Part shown: positions 53,990 to 64,000 of the stretch, in pieces
Numbering within the stretch: the first letter of the stretch is position 1
Layout of the letters: the number at the start of each line of letters is the position of its first letter
DNA from: Phoronis australis
Taxonomy: Eukaryota > Animalia > Phoronida
NCBI GenBank assembly: GCA_002633005.1
Contig: NMRA01000279.1
Span: 135,233-199,232, forward strand
Direction: 5' to 3'
Length of the DNA stretch: 64,000 nucleotides
The notes under the pieces: generated by a model
Seen by the model: the letters and a program-made list of their open reading frames with translations, nothing else
What the model was told of the DNA's origin: nothing
Database searches by the model: none
Made by a program: the position numbers and the translations under genes

Positions 53990-55860
53990 AAAACTCAAAG
54001 GCATACTGGGAAATCACGCCTGAGATCGTATTCCTTGTTTGACACAGGTGAGATCGCAATGACTAATTTAGAAAAGGCCGAATTGTTTTTAAAATATATT
54101 GGTGGCAAGAACCATGCTCATCCGTCGCCAGTGAAGCCTACACTTCCATCAAGAATCGTGGTTGAAATGAATAACCTCCCAGTAATGATATACCGCTTCT
54201 TTGTAAATGTTATCTGTATTCAGACGATGCTTGTATCTTCCATTCATTCCCCAAAGACAAGTCTGGAGAATCTTCTCGTCTCCAAATTGGTCTTGATTTG
54301 CTCCTTGAATATTCCTTGGCTAATGGGCTTTGAAACCAGAAAAATGTAATGATTTAACATTTTTCTCTCGTCATACTAATTTAAATGTTTCGATATTACC
54401 ATGTTTATCTTTGATCATAATTTAATCCCTCAAAAAAGTTCTCAAGTCATCTTGGTGTAATTCTTGACAATAAACTGACATTCAACCTACATTGCGTCGA
54501 ACTCTTCAAAAAAGTCAAAAACTCTTACATCCTTTCAAAGCGCTATCAAGGACAATAATGAGACATCACCTGGAAATTTGGATAATGCTTGCATTGCATC
54601 TCATTTTAATTATGCAGATATCATATACAAGATATCATACACAACGGGACATCATACACAACGGGACATCATACACAACGGGACATCATACACAACAGGA
54701 CATCATACACAACGGGACATCATACACAACGGGACATCATACACAACAGGACATCATACACAACGGGATATCATACACAACGGGATATCATACACAACGG
54801 GATATCATACAAAACGGAATATCATACACAACGGGATATCATATACAACAGCTACTTCTGATCTTAGTTGCCTAGATTGGATCCAGTATCACGCAGCACT
54901 GTGTGTTTCTGGCTCGATAAGGGGTTCCAGTAAAGCAAAAACTTTCGACTTATTTAACTGGATGCCAATCTCAGACATTAGAAAACAGCACATCATTATT
55001 TTAGTTCTTCACATTTTAATAATCCTTCCAATTAAAATCAACTTAATTCTCTTTAGCAACTTCAGGCGGAAATATTTCTCGAAATTTTAAGAACTATGCC
55101 TGAGTTTGTAATAAATCATAATTTTTTTCTAATTCATTTCGTAAATCTCTCATTCAATGCATCCAACTGTGGAACGTTATTCCTTGTCATCTAAAACTTG
55201 CACAAAGTTTTTAATCGCTTAAACTTGCAGTCAAAAGATATCTGTCGTCTGAGTTTCATACATTCACAACAACAACTTGTATAACTGTATAGCTATTACC
55301 AGAAGCAAAGAATTACAGTTCTTAATCAATTACGAACCGGTTTATTCCATAATTCTCAAAAATTTCAACATAATCTTATTGGCGTATCAAATATTTGCAA
55401 ATGTGGCTCCTTGAATAGCGTTAATCATCTTTTCTTAAATGTAATGTCAATCAATTAGATCGTGTCCTTCTACTTAATGCCCTTGATTCAAAGCTTACCC
55501 AATAATCAACGTAAAGTGTTTCATTTTTGCTCTATGGTTCGCGTCTACTTAGCTAAGATCGGAATATTTATAATAATAGATTTATTATCCACTTTCATTT
55601 ATAAACTCAAATTCTTTTAATCACCTGTGTGTGTTTTTGTTTTTGTTTTTATATGTGTCTGTCTGTGTTTTTTGTAACTAGATCGTATTATGCGGTTATA
55701 CCATAGGAATTGTGTGTTGCAATTTTGATAACTGTCATTAATCATCCTTTTTATATTTAGTGTTGTTATAATTGTTAATATGCCTGCATATAATGTTGTC
55801 GACTAGCGGGCAGAAATCGTATCACTTTTTGTTCCATTTCTTAAGATGAAATAAACAGTT
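53990..55860 (+). mobile_element. decayed non-LTR retrotransposon (CR1/L2-like ORF2 remnant)
   Basis: Frameshifted fragments in LINE order: EKAELF, HLGVILDNKLTFNLH (~54448), YADIIY, LDWIQYHAALCVSG, QLWNVIP, LNQLRTG..CKCG; AATAAA near 55850. Confidence 0.85.
54617..54851. repeat. 17-bp minisatellite GA(C/T)ATCATACACAAC(G/A)G, 13 copies plus a partial unit
   Basis: Counted directly, 54631-54851 = 13 x 17; produces the repetitive ORFs at 54492 and 54578. Confidence 0.95.
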
Positions 55861-56377
55861 ATCAAACAAAACAATTCTTTTGTCCGCAAATTCATGTTAA
55901 AGGCTGGAAGCTAGCTAGTTCTATCTAGACAATCAGCTCTTGAGTGAGTGATGAAACTGTTTCATCGATTTATTTCAAAGTCACGGCTTCCAGAACAATA
56001 ATGTCTTCTTTGTGGTAAGAACTTCATGACCACACGAATGAACATTACAGCAAAGATAATATCGAATGCCAACGTCTTTTTCATTAATAAAAATATCAAA
56101 ATTTAGTCAGTAGAGTTTGAATTCCAGGAGATTTCGGTTCATGCATAATTCATCGATCATTGTCATCAGCGTCGTCGTCATCGACTACTGATAGTAAACA
56201 ATACACACCGTCATCACAGTTACTATCATCGTTGCCTTCCGCAAGATTGATGTCATTGTCCTCAACATCATCATCACTAAAATCAAATAGATGTTGGAGT
56301 GCCGTGCAGTTACCGACGAATAAAAATATAAAATAGTAAAACTAAAACGACGAGCGTCGGTACTAGAATATATTAAA

Positions 56378-56420
56378 ACATCCCCACGTTTCGAGCGATG
56401 CGCTCTTTGTCAAGGGTATG
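56378..56420 (-). ncRNA. minimal hammerhead-ribozyme-like motif in the PLE terminal repeat (left copy)
   Basis: AUACCC UUGACAA A GAGCG-CAU-CGCUC GAAA CGU GGGGAUGU. Confidence 0.55.
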
Positions 56421-57289
56421 ATGCGGACTGCTGAGTACATGTAGATGTAATTTGCCTAACGATACTGAGGATAGTCTTTTGGTCGCTTTGGATGTCAGGT
56501 CGCTGTATACCAACATACCGCATAAGGATGATGTAGATGCTGTTATCAGATATTATGAGGAATTTTACCCAGACAATGAACGTCCTATTTCAGGGGTTGA
56601 CCTTCGTAAGATCCTGGTTTTTAACCTCAGGCATAGTTGTTTTGAGTTTAACTCCGAAATCTTTCTCCAAACCATGGGTACGGCCACGGGCAATAAACTT
56701 GCCCCACCATACGCCATACTGTTTTTGGCAGACTTGGAAGAACGATTTTTAAGTCACCACCATCACTTTACGTCAGATATATTGATGATATTTTCATAAT
56801 ATGGCCACAAGGACTCACTTATAGAGTTCCATGAGACACTTAACCGCGCTCATGCTAGTATGAAGTTAGATTTATCGTCATCATATGAGTGTCAATTTTC
56901 TGGATACGCTTGTAACTTCATGTGGCAAACAATTGAATACCAAAGTGTATCACAAACCGACTGACAGGAATACCTTGTTACATTGGGAGTTTTCATCCCC
57001 CTCATATTAAAAGGTCTATTATTTACACTCAGGGTATTCACTGTCGCCGTATATGCACTGATGATGCGGATTTCTGTAGAGAAATTAAACTGTTGTCTAC
57101 TAGGTTCGCTGATAGGGGTTATGAACCACGTTTGGCATCTGACACTCTGCTCAAGGTATAATAGTGGCGGATCTAGGATACCATAAGGGGGGCAACATGT
57201 ATTGTTCACATCGTTCACGTTGTCTATTGTATGTCACTATGTGGTCTCCTTTTTTTAGATCCATCTACATGCACTCAGCAGTCTGTAGC

Positions 57290-57330
57290 ACATCCTTGAC
57301 AAAGAGTGCATCGCTCGAAACGTGGAGAAT
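57290..57330 (+). ncRNA. minimal hammerhead-ribozyme-like motif in the PLE terminal repeat (right copy)
   Basis: ACAUCC UUGACAA A GAGUG-CAU-CGCUC GAAA CGU GGAGAAU. Confidence 0.55.
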
Positions 57331-60300
57331 ATTTTAATATATTTTAGTACCGACGCTCGTCGTTTTACTTTTACTAGTTTTACTATTACTGCCATCGTCG
57401 AGTCAATGCTCAGTGATGTGTAATGTTCCACAAGTTCAACACAGAAATTAATACCATCCAACGCATCTCTGTCTCGCGTAACTGCGAGAACATGATTAAA
57501 ACAATTATATTTTAATATTTAATCACGCCGCGCGTGGGGGCATGTTAGACCAATATAGATTGTCTCAACACAGCCTCTTTTGGCTGCCCCTCAAACATGG
57601 TGAATGAGTTCACTGAGGTTGTGTCCGATCTTGTTGAGTAAATACGAAGTCAAGATGTTGTATTGTAAATAAATATTATACCCATTCATGGCGGGCAGTC
57701 GTTTTCACAAATGGCACAAAATATGTGTAACAGGCATCGATTAACGTCCGTATTGATCGCCAATAGAAATCTGGGATTTAGACCACAACTAGCACAAAGA
57801 CGTAAGAATAATAGATTTTGTTCGTAGCCAGTGTTTGTACCGTGTCAAGTCGCCACTAACAAAGAGCTCGGTATGTTTTATTCGTGTTTTGGGCATTGGA
57901 TTAGACAAAAACTTCGAGGTTTCCGCTCGTGACCGAGTCCATTGCCGTTGCGCCAAGACCACGTCATAAGTGCGTATTTGTATTTAGGCCGAAGCTATAA
58001 TAGTAGACGAGATACGATGAACGACTAGCGCCTCTTCGGGGCATGTACTTGGGATATGTGCAGGAACCAGTCATGCCTTGTGGAAAAGCATGAATCTCGT
58101 GTTGTGGATATGTATGTTGTCTGGTGAGTAGACCGTCTTTTTGTGCTTTCACACATGAGGTTCACAGATTAGACATCAAATAGGTATGTGCGGTAAACGA
58201 GTAACACTAACGCAAGAGGTACACTCCATGGTTTTGCCTTGCGAAGTTGTAGTCTCGTTGGCGAAGAGTTTAGGGCGTGAGGCCTACATGCGTCCAGGCT
58301 CTTGTAAGACGGACTCGTCCAAAAATCATTTACGAAATAGTAGGAACTTCTAATATACGTTGCACAACCGTTATGGATTGTGTACCGACCGTCAAATTTA
58401 TGGCATTACTCTCTGGGTATACCCCCCATAGAAAACGAATATAGTATGACCTTCACGGCCAATTTCCTACTACGAAACATGGGCGGCGCACCATGGGGCT
58501 GGGGGAGCTATAGCCCACCCCCCACTTTTTCAGTGATGCACCACCATGCGAAATAGTGCCTTTTCTGAAAAAAGTTCCTACGAAAGCCGGGCACCTTTAG
58601 TGAAAAAAATGTCTTGAAATGGTGCTTTTCTGAAAAAATTTCCTGTGAAAGAGCGTCTTTTCCCACGAAATTCCAAACAGAAGGATTCATTTTGAGAATC
58701 ACTGTTCAAACGGGATAATTTTCCAACTGCTGAAATCTACAGAAGGGTGTTCAATATTAATCTATTTTTAAAAAATGTTGCATTTCGTGTTCTGATGTTT
58801 GACATCTTTCTTTGTACTGCTTCGTGGTTAATAAATTTTAGCTTTTCTATAATTCCTAAAAAGGTCTGGTGTATTATGCAACAGCTAGGGCGGGGTTTCT
58901 GGACCTAATCCTTTGAAAGGATCAGTGTTGTTCATGGGAGCTCCCCACAAATGGATTACTTTTTTGAGTCCACTCTCTAAATGAGCGAGTACACTATGGT
59001 ACACACTGGGTCTGAATCCTAGTCTGATGCACTCATCGTCAAATATCTAATCGAACCCCTCTCTGGGAGGCACCGGTTGCTCGAATGCAACTTTGGGTTA
59101 TCCGTGACATAAAAACTTAACACAGTTAAAGATAAATCAAGTTACGTTTACACTCGATCCTTAATCACGACCTGCCACAAACTTGTGTGTTTGATTCAGT
59201 GGTCCGAAGATCGACTTGTTCGTAAGGGTTCCTGTTCGAGAATGCGGGCATGAATTTCATCTATTACCCGCCACCCGCCCCAGTGTAAGCAGAAACTTGC
59301 TTGTATGACGGAAGAGGTTTTTTGCGGGGACATAAGCCGGGTCTCGGAAACTGAATACCCTTCAGTTAGCTGCCAAGCACTCTGCTCGCCGGTGAGACGT
59401 TGTCGTCTTCAACCCGGCCTTCCCTCTTTTCATTGGCGGAAAACCAGAAATTTTGGAAACGAGGGGGTTTGTAATGTCCGCATTTTCATTTTTGGTGTGA
59501 ATTTACTATGCATTCTAGCAACGTTTCTGTTTCGTGTATGCAAGAATTGGCTAGATGGAATTCACAGAGGTTCCGAATAGTAAAAACGCTGTCTTATGAA
59601 TTCTCATGTTAATCCGCGGAGCTGCCCAAGAATCCTGGGTTATCATGTTCACTATGTAGATCGTTCCATGTTATATTCTCACTGAGGTTTTGCTTTTTTA
59701 TCAAAACTTGTAGCCGGTCGTGTGGGAGGCGACGTGCACCCCCGGAGATGATATCATACCGAGCTACTGCGTCCACGCACCCCCTCTCATCCGCTCATGA
59801 ACTGTGACTCATTCTACAGTCCAGGAGCGGGGATTTTGTCATTTCAGCGTTCTGTACACACTCGTCACCCAAACCCTCGAAGCTGTAATCGTCTCAAGGG
59901 TTACGAGCCACCAAGTCCAACACAAGCAGCTGCGCAACGTTGTAAGCAACGGCACCCCCGACTCTTTGTCATTCCGATAGTATTTTTGCTCTAATGAACT
60001 TAAACCACATTTCATATTTAACCAAGAATGTCTTCCGTAAATAGCAGACAGATGGACGAGCCCGACTAATGGGCTACCATCGACCGATAAATAGATTCAG
60101 CGCAATTACGGTCTACACAAACCATTAATCGCTGATGATTATTTTTATTCGCTTCATTATTGTATGTATATAATTGACATACTCTGATGAGCTCGACATA
60201 TCTGAGCTCCCGGATTTTGTTTCTGTCGCGCCATCCTTGCAATGGTACACACCCGCTGGCAGGACGACCATACTCGATGCAACTTTCATAAACCTTCCAA

Positions 60301-60814
60301 TTTTGTCCAAACAATAAATGCACACTATGTGTTATCCGAGAGCCGAAGAACATTTATAAAATTGTGTTACGTAGATATTGAACGTACTGTGTATTCCTTA
60401 CTAAATCAAGTCGTCAGAATCTGACATCCGTGGTGCTGTAACGTACCATTGGACAATTGTCCAAAACTAATTACCAATGGCAGAGCTTGTGACTAATTGA
60501 TAATAGCTCGTGCAACAGCTTTGCATTTTCCCACTCTGTTTGGAACCGCATCTTATGATTGTATCGTCATTACTAGTCTCGTTCCAGCCCGTCCAGCGCG
60601 CAGTCGGCTTCGCGCAAGCAGAAAGTACAGTCAAGTTCTTGACAGTATTGACTTCCTTATTTGGAAAGCCATGAGTTGACACTCGAACAGTGATTTGCCG
60701 TTAGCCAACCCAACCCATCGTGAAATTTAAAGTATAAGAGGATTGATTGTAGTGAGGGGACCAATTTTGACCTTGTATTTGTTGGGAGGGCCAGTCTTCG
60801 TTGCTAAGTTACTC

Positions 60815-60835
60815 GACGTCATTTCCGTTACCAAT
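60815..60835 (+). promoter_or_regulatory. compact CRE-ETS-CCAAT cluster, candidate promoter
   Basis: GACGTCA-TTTCCG-TTA-CCAAT, ~150 bp upstream of CAAGATGGCG. Confidence 0.4.
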
Positions 60836-60980
60836 CACTAGCCAGAATAGATCAGGGTTGCCTGGTCTCTGCTGTGATTTAAGCCATTACTTGAGAATGC
60901 GGCTTTTTTATTTCCCCCTTGACTGTATTAATCATATGCATCGTTCTCTGCAAAACCAATATACATCCATGAAATCCAAG

Positions 60981-61036
60981 ATGGCGACAAAATTGCGAAA
61001 CGATTTCCATCTTCTAAAACGTTTTAACCCATCATG
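60981..61036 (+). CDS. candidate first exon of an unidentified plus-strand gene (MATKLRNDFHLLKRFNPS-)
   Basis: CAAGATGGCG (strong Kozak/YY1 context), open to ATG|GTAAGT (phase-2 donor); no recognisable downstream exon. Confidence 0.35.
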
Positions 61037-61610
61037 GTAAGTACACAAACAGCGTGGGTCATTTGCAGTGTAAATATTTTTGTCAAACTGTTTATAATGG
61101 GACATTTTTGTCACGGACAAAAAACAACAAACTTGGACCAGTTGAGGTTTGTAAAGGATTCAATGTTTGCATAACCATGGCGTTACTTTACTTACTTGGC
61201 CTGTCAAATAATTGAGCACAGGATACCAGAAATAAATAACAAGCGTGGGATATGTACAAATGGATTCCAGACACATTCAACAATCGGGCTCTAAATCAAT
61301 ACCACTGTAAACTAGACTTTTCAATGGGTAACTTTAAAGAAGGAATTACGTCTTTTCTCGAGAGAAATATAGCCCTTATTTCATTTTAGTTGACGAGATG
61401 ACAAATTCAGTCTAAAATTACTAACATAAGTTCTCGTACATTACGAAAAATCTTTTTCTCGATAACAAATGTGTTCCCCCTAGGACACCCACCCCAGGCG
61501 ACGGGTTCAAACTGCGTAACCATCACCCATGGGTCGCGCCCAGGTGTGTAACTCGGCATGACTCCTTGCGTTGAACTACAACTATGTAACAGTGCAGATG
61601 ACAGTAGAGA

Positions 61611-62136
61611 CCGGGGTGTCCCGAAAAATCTTTTCAAAGTGTAACACACGGCTTTAATGGTGCAACTATTGGTGTTTTTTCTGATTCCAGAAATCACAAA
61701 GTTTGGTTTGCGAAGTGTATAAATAAGAAAAATTGCCTCAGAATTGACTCGTATTACAGAGAATAATTTTCTTACTTTTGGCACCAAACTCTGCCAGTTG
61801 TGCCGCGCCAAGGCGGAAACAAGAAAACGTACCGTTTCTTTTGTTTTTGCAATAGATTTCTTGTTCCATTTAAACATGGTATACAGTAGTTGGATGAGTA
61901 GTATTCATTTTGTGGATCATGTGAAGGTTTAATGACAGTCAGCTGTGAACAGTTTGAACAAATCTTAATATTCATCATTTTTCTGCTATTAGATTCACAT
62001 GTGAGATTTTCCTAATTTTGGTGCCTGGAGAGAGACTTTAATATTCCTAGAATAAGGAAAAACACCATTAGTGCATAGTAAACCATTATTACTATTCGTA
62101 TTTCAGAGTATTGTCTTAACATTTTGTAACACCCTG
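61611..62136. mobile_element. mariner-type non-autonomous element (CAGGGTG-type ends)
   Basis: CCGGGGTGTCCCGAAAAA ... TTTTGTAACACCCTG|TA. Confidence 0.45.
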
Positions 62137-63039
62137 TATTCCAATGTGATTATTTGCCTTTGCTTTACCAGAATGGTTCACGTTATTATCGAGTGAAGCC
62201 CCTTGAGAGACGGACCGATACAAACTAGCTTTAGACAGTAAATAGATCAACTGTTATGAAGGAGAACGAAATTTTTACTTGTTTGTATTGCCTCAGTAGT
62301 GTTGATCTGCGAATTAGTTGAAGATTAAGAAAGAAGGCATTTCTGTGTTCCTGTCCCTCAAGTGAACAGACCCCATCCGTCCTGAGATAGCACTCTAATT
62401 CTAATGTTGATTTATCATGAACTTCTTCATTTGTGTGGCGATCGTCCGGTTTTTAATCTTACTGTGGCCAAGAACTGATTTAATTCATTCTAAGGTATTT
62501 ACCCACAATGCAACACACGTGTCGAACACTTGTCCTGCTTCTTGGCAATTGTACTAGCCACTATCTAATTCATCATTTTAATGCAGGCAAACTTGTATTA
62601 TTGCATTCCGAGATGCGATGCTGACACCAAGAAGTTGTAGGGGAAAGGTGGAAAATATCGGCGTTGGATGTACTTCCCGTGTTAATGAAATCTGGAGCAT
62701 GTGGCATTTTGTGAAGTAGTAGGCCAGTCATGCAATGTATTTTTCTACCTCCACGAAAGCGGAGAGTTCAATCCGGGATGGGCCTATGAACAGAATCCCG
62801 AGTCCCAAGTCATATTTTAACAGCCCCTGCGCGGACTTTTCAGGAGGTCTAATAACATGGAAGTTCCAAGGTAATGTCAATCTTCATCCGGGAATTTCCG
62901 ATAGTGCCGCCATTATGCAAAATTGTATTCTTGCTGATAACTCTTTTACCAATCTGCATAGGTAGATTATTTTGATGCTTTTACACATATTTCCAAGGTC
63001 AGTGAATGAAATCGAGCTAGGTTATAGGTAGATAAATCT

Positions 63040-63560
63040 CTAATTTGCATAACTTATGCAAACTAGGGTCGCCATCATTTAAAAACCTGCTTGTGTTATA
63101 CACATAGCTGGGATAATAAGCACCGCAGGTAAATGATATTGACGTTTCTTCCCATGCATGGTCAATTAATTTGATAAAATCAGTTTTCAGGCTGTTGCAT
63201 GATAAATTTGCACAATTTGTGAAAAGAATTCCACCATTATGGTAGCCAAAATCCTGTTTCTGTTCATAATTGTCATACAAGTCACATCATATAGATTGCC
63301 TCTACACTTGCACCCATATTTTCTTGGCCAATAAAATTAATGAAATCAGTGTGCGGACATTGCATTAGAAATTTGCATAATTTATGCAAATACGGGTCGA
63401 CGTTATTCATTTCGAATGCTCACCCATACAGACACAATTAATGCGGATACAAATTATGCAGGTAACGAATATTAATCTGAATTTAGATGAGTCAGCTTAA
63501 TCAGTTTGGGGAATATCTCTGTTTACAAGCGCTAACCCATGGTTATGCAAATAGAGGGGT
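63040..63560. repeat. decayed repeat with palindromic ATTTGCATAA.TTATGCAAA units
   Basis: AATTTGCATAACTTATGCAAACTAGGGTCG (~63042) and AATTTGCATAATTTATGCAAATACGGGTCG (~63370); further TTATGCAAA copies. Confidence 0.55.
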
Positions 63561-64000
63561 GCGTATATTGAAGAAAGATTACCTGCTTTTTGTTTTAGGA
63601 TGGTTCCGAATTGAATTGAGGATCACTAAAATTAACTTTACTTCCAAGAAAAATTAGAGCCCGTTTTCAGGTGCTTGAGTAGCTCAAATTGCGGCTACGG
63701 TTCGTGACGAAAATTTTGTACGCGAGCAAGGTTAGTGGGAAATTTTAAAATTAAGGTAAATTGTATTACAACTTGAGAGAAAATATATGACTGGGTGTGA
63801 ATGTCAACTGGACGCGTCGCTTAGTAGCTAAAAGCTACTTTGTGAAAGCTTTGTTGAATTCTCGGGGAAATAAAACAAAGACATCTCAAATCCAAACAGA
63901 CAATCGAGCATAGATATAACCACGGCTAAAGAACAAATCGATGTTTTTAGTTTTCTTAAAAGATCATTAGGCACAAGTTAAACTGACGTTAATTGACCAC

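Larger units (their letters stand above)
56331..57386 (+). mobile_element. Penelope-like element remnant: RT fragment flanked by ~120-bp inverted terminal repeats
   Basis: LVALDVRSLYTNIPH, FEFNSEIFLQTMGTATGNKLAPPYA, YVRYIDDIF, VYHKPTD, HPPHIKRSIIYTQ..RRICTD, RGY are PLE RT motifs; 56331-56448 is the reverse complement of ~57261-57386. Confidence 0.9.

Noticed and set aside
54492-55090. Repeat-protein ORFs (YTTGHHTQRDIIHNG) and CRISPR-like appearance
   Set aside because: Head-to-tail 17-bp minisatellite without spacers inside a dead LINE; no cas genes; eukaryotic context.
56150-56280. Asp-rich reading on the minus strand
   Set aside because: Degenerate (TCA/TCG)n microsatellite with no start or splice context.
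60184-60215. CTGATGA-GCTC...GAGC hammerhead-like start
   Set aside because: No GAAA after stem II. The similar CGATGAAGAG..CTCGATA at ~52827 also has a broken core.

Overview
AT-rich animal (probably invertebrate) genomic DNA; most ORF-track entries are chance ORFs. The window is dominated by one minus-strand, intron-rich gene (~2.0-48.5 kb) for a PAR-type bZIP transcription factor of the CES-2/CG7786/HLF-TEF-like class. The whole bZIP sits in one terminal exon (4985-4690) that the ORF track misses. Three upstream coding exons (48239-48146, 40490-40275, 39068-38850) join it to give a 274-aa ORF. A further ATG-bearing exon (21707-21533) and several short ATG micro-exon candidates also end in phase-1 donors, so different N-termini could be spliced onto one constant bZIP exon. 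The introns are enriched in PAR-bZIP binding sites (RTTAYRTAAY). The distal promoter has D-box, RORE-like and CCAAT motifs, and both main start codons are preceded by an in-frame ATG-TAA. The rest is TA-flanked MITEs, tRNA-derived SINEs, a decayed CR1/L2-like LINE containing a 17-bp minisatellite, a Penelope-like element with inverted terminal repeats carrying hammerhead-like motifs, and a possible first exon of a plus-strand gene at ~61 kb. All analysis was done by eye; splice models need RNA evidence.
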